From positions 10,478,001-10,542,000 of the forward strand of contig OX597824.1 of assembly GCA_951406725.2 (NCBI GenBank): DNA of 64,000 nucleotides, written 5' to 3'. This DNA comes from Octopus vulgaris. Lineage: Eukaryota. This document shows positions 63,120 to 64,000 of the stretch, one piece after another. The position numbers and the translations under genes were made by a program. Under the pieces are notes generated by a model. It was not told the DNA's origin. It did no database searches and worked only from the letters and a program-made list of their open reading frames with translations. Numbering within the stretch: the stretch's first letter is position 1; each line of letters begins with the position of its first letter.

Positions 63120-63386
63120 CTGCTAAGTTACGGATGACATAAACACACCAGCATCGGTTGTCAAGTGATGTTGGGGAGGGACAGACACACAAACACACAT
63201 TTACATACATATACATATATACGATGAGCTTCTTTCAGTTTCCGTCTAACAAATTCATTCACAAGGCTTTGGTTGGCCTGAGGCTATAGTAGAAGACACT
63301 TGCCCAAGGTGCCATGCAGTAGGACTGAACCCAGAACCATGTGGTTGGTTAGCAAGCTACTTACTAGCACAGCCATTCCTGCACCT
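63120..63386 (-). mobile_element. SINE family B 5' portion, adjacent to family D pieces (62800-63120)
   Basis: Family matches. Confidence 0.8.
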
Positions 63387-63544
63387 TAATAATAATAATA
63401 ATGATAATAAGTGCCATCTTATATTCTTCAAAAATCCTAAAGAAGTGTCCTGAGATCTGAGGAAACTTGTCACCAAACCTCAAGATAAAATACCTATTTA
63501 CTAAATTAGCAAGCTCTAGTGTAATAATAATAATAGTAATAATA

Positions 63545-64000
63545 TGGAAGTGTTATCATGTACATTGTTTTGTCTTAGTATAAAAGATAGGCTACAGCAA
63601 ATATTCTGTTCAATACCACAGATTTGCTTGTCAATTGTTTGACCATAACCAGTTGAGCATGTCCCTTAGTGGCTGATGATATGTGCATCTCTGATCACGA
63701 GCGGAAATAGTGGGGGAGCATCATAGCCATGTATTAAGAAGGATTCTTTGGGGTTTGAATAATTCATCTCTGGAAACATATGTGTTTCGTTCAACATCCT
63801 TAAACAACCTTTATTCAGGGACCTTTTGTGCAGGATGGGTTACTCGACCAGAAGAAAATTCTAACTGGGCCCCACCTGCAAGGTCATGCACTGTTTATCT
63901 TGATATGAGATCACCATGTTGCGCACACATGGTTGTGATACATGTGCCTAGTGTACCCTTATCAGACGGGTAGTCATGATGGGTGTACTGGGCTTCGTAT
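63545..64000. other. Unclassified higher-GC sequence abutting (AAT)n, probably an interspersed repeat, running off the window
   Basis: Abrupt composition change after an (AAT)n tract. No recognisable protein motif. Confidence 0.3.

Overview
AT-rich, microsatellite-rich eukaryotic DNA made almost entirely of nested transposable elements. The repeat families look like those of an octopus (coleoid cephalopod); this is an inference from recalled families, not a database match. No intact cellular gene, rRNA, true tRNA gene or CRISPR array can be supported, and nearly all ORF-track entries are repeat or microsatellite artefacts. Recognisable coding remnants are a CR1 ORF2 end, a fossil Ty3/Gypsy gag-protease, several RTE-clade LINE fragments (one with the YADD RT motif), a Penelope-like GIY-YIG endonuclease, a maT-like Tc1/mariner and a mariner transposase. 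Non-coding content includes at least four tRNA-derived SINE families (labelled B, C, D and G here), two TTAA piggyBac-type MITE families (E, F), hAT and TcMar MITEs, and Helitrons. The most interesting observations are: (1) a tRNA-headed SINE carrying a Penelope-type minimal hammerhead motif and a fold-back 5' end, alongside several hammerhead-bearing or fold-back inserts in (TA)n tracts; (2) an array of about 62-bp units in RTE 3' UTRs, each able to form an H-type pseudoknot; (3) a 3.4-kb satellite of a 250-bp MITE-derived unit with an emerging 4-mer higher-order repeat, whose probable seed dimer also lies in this window.
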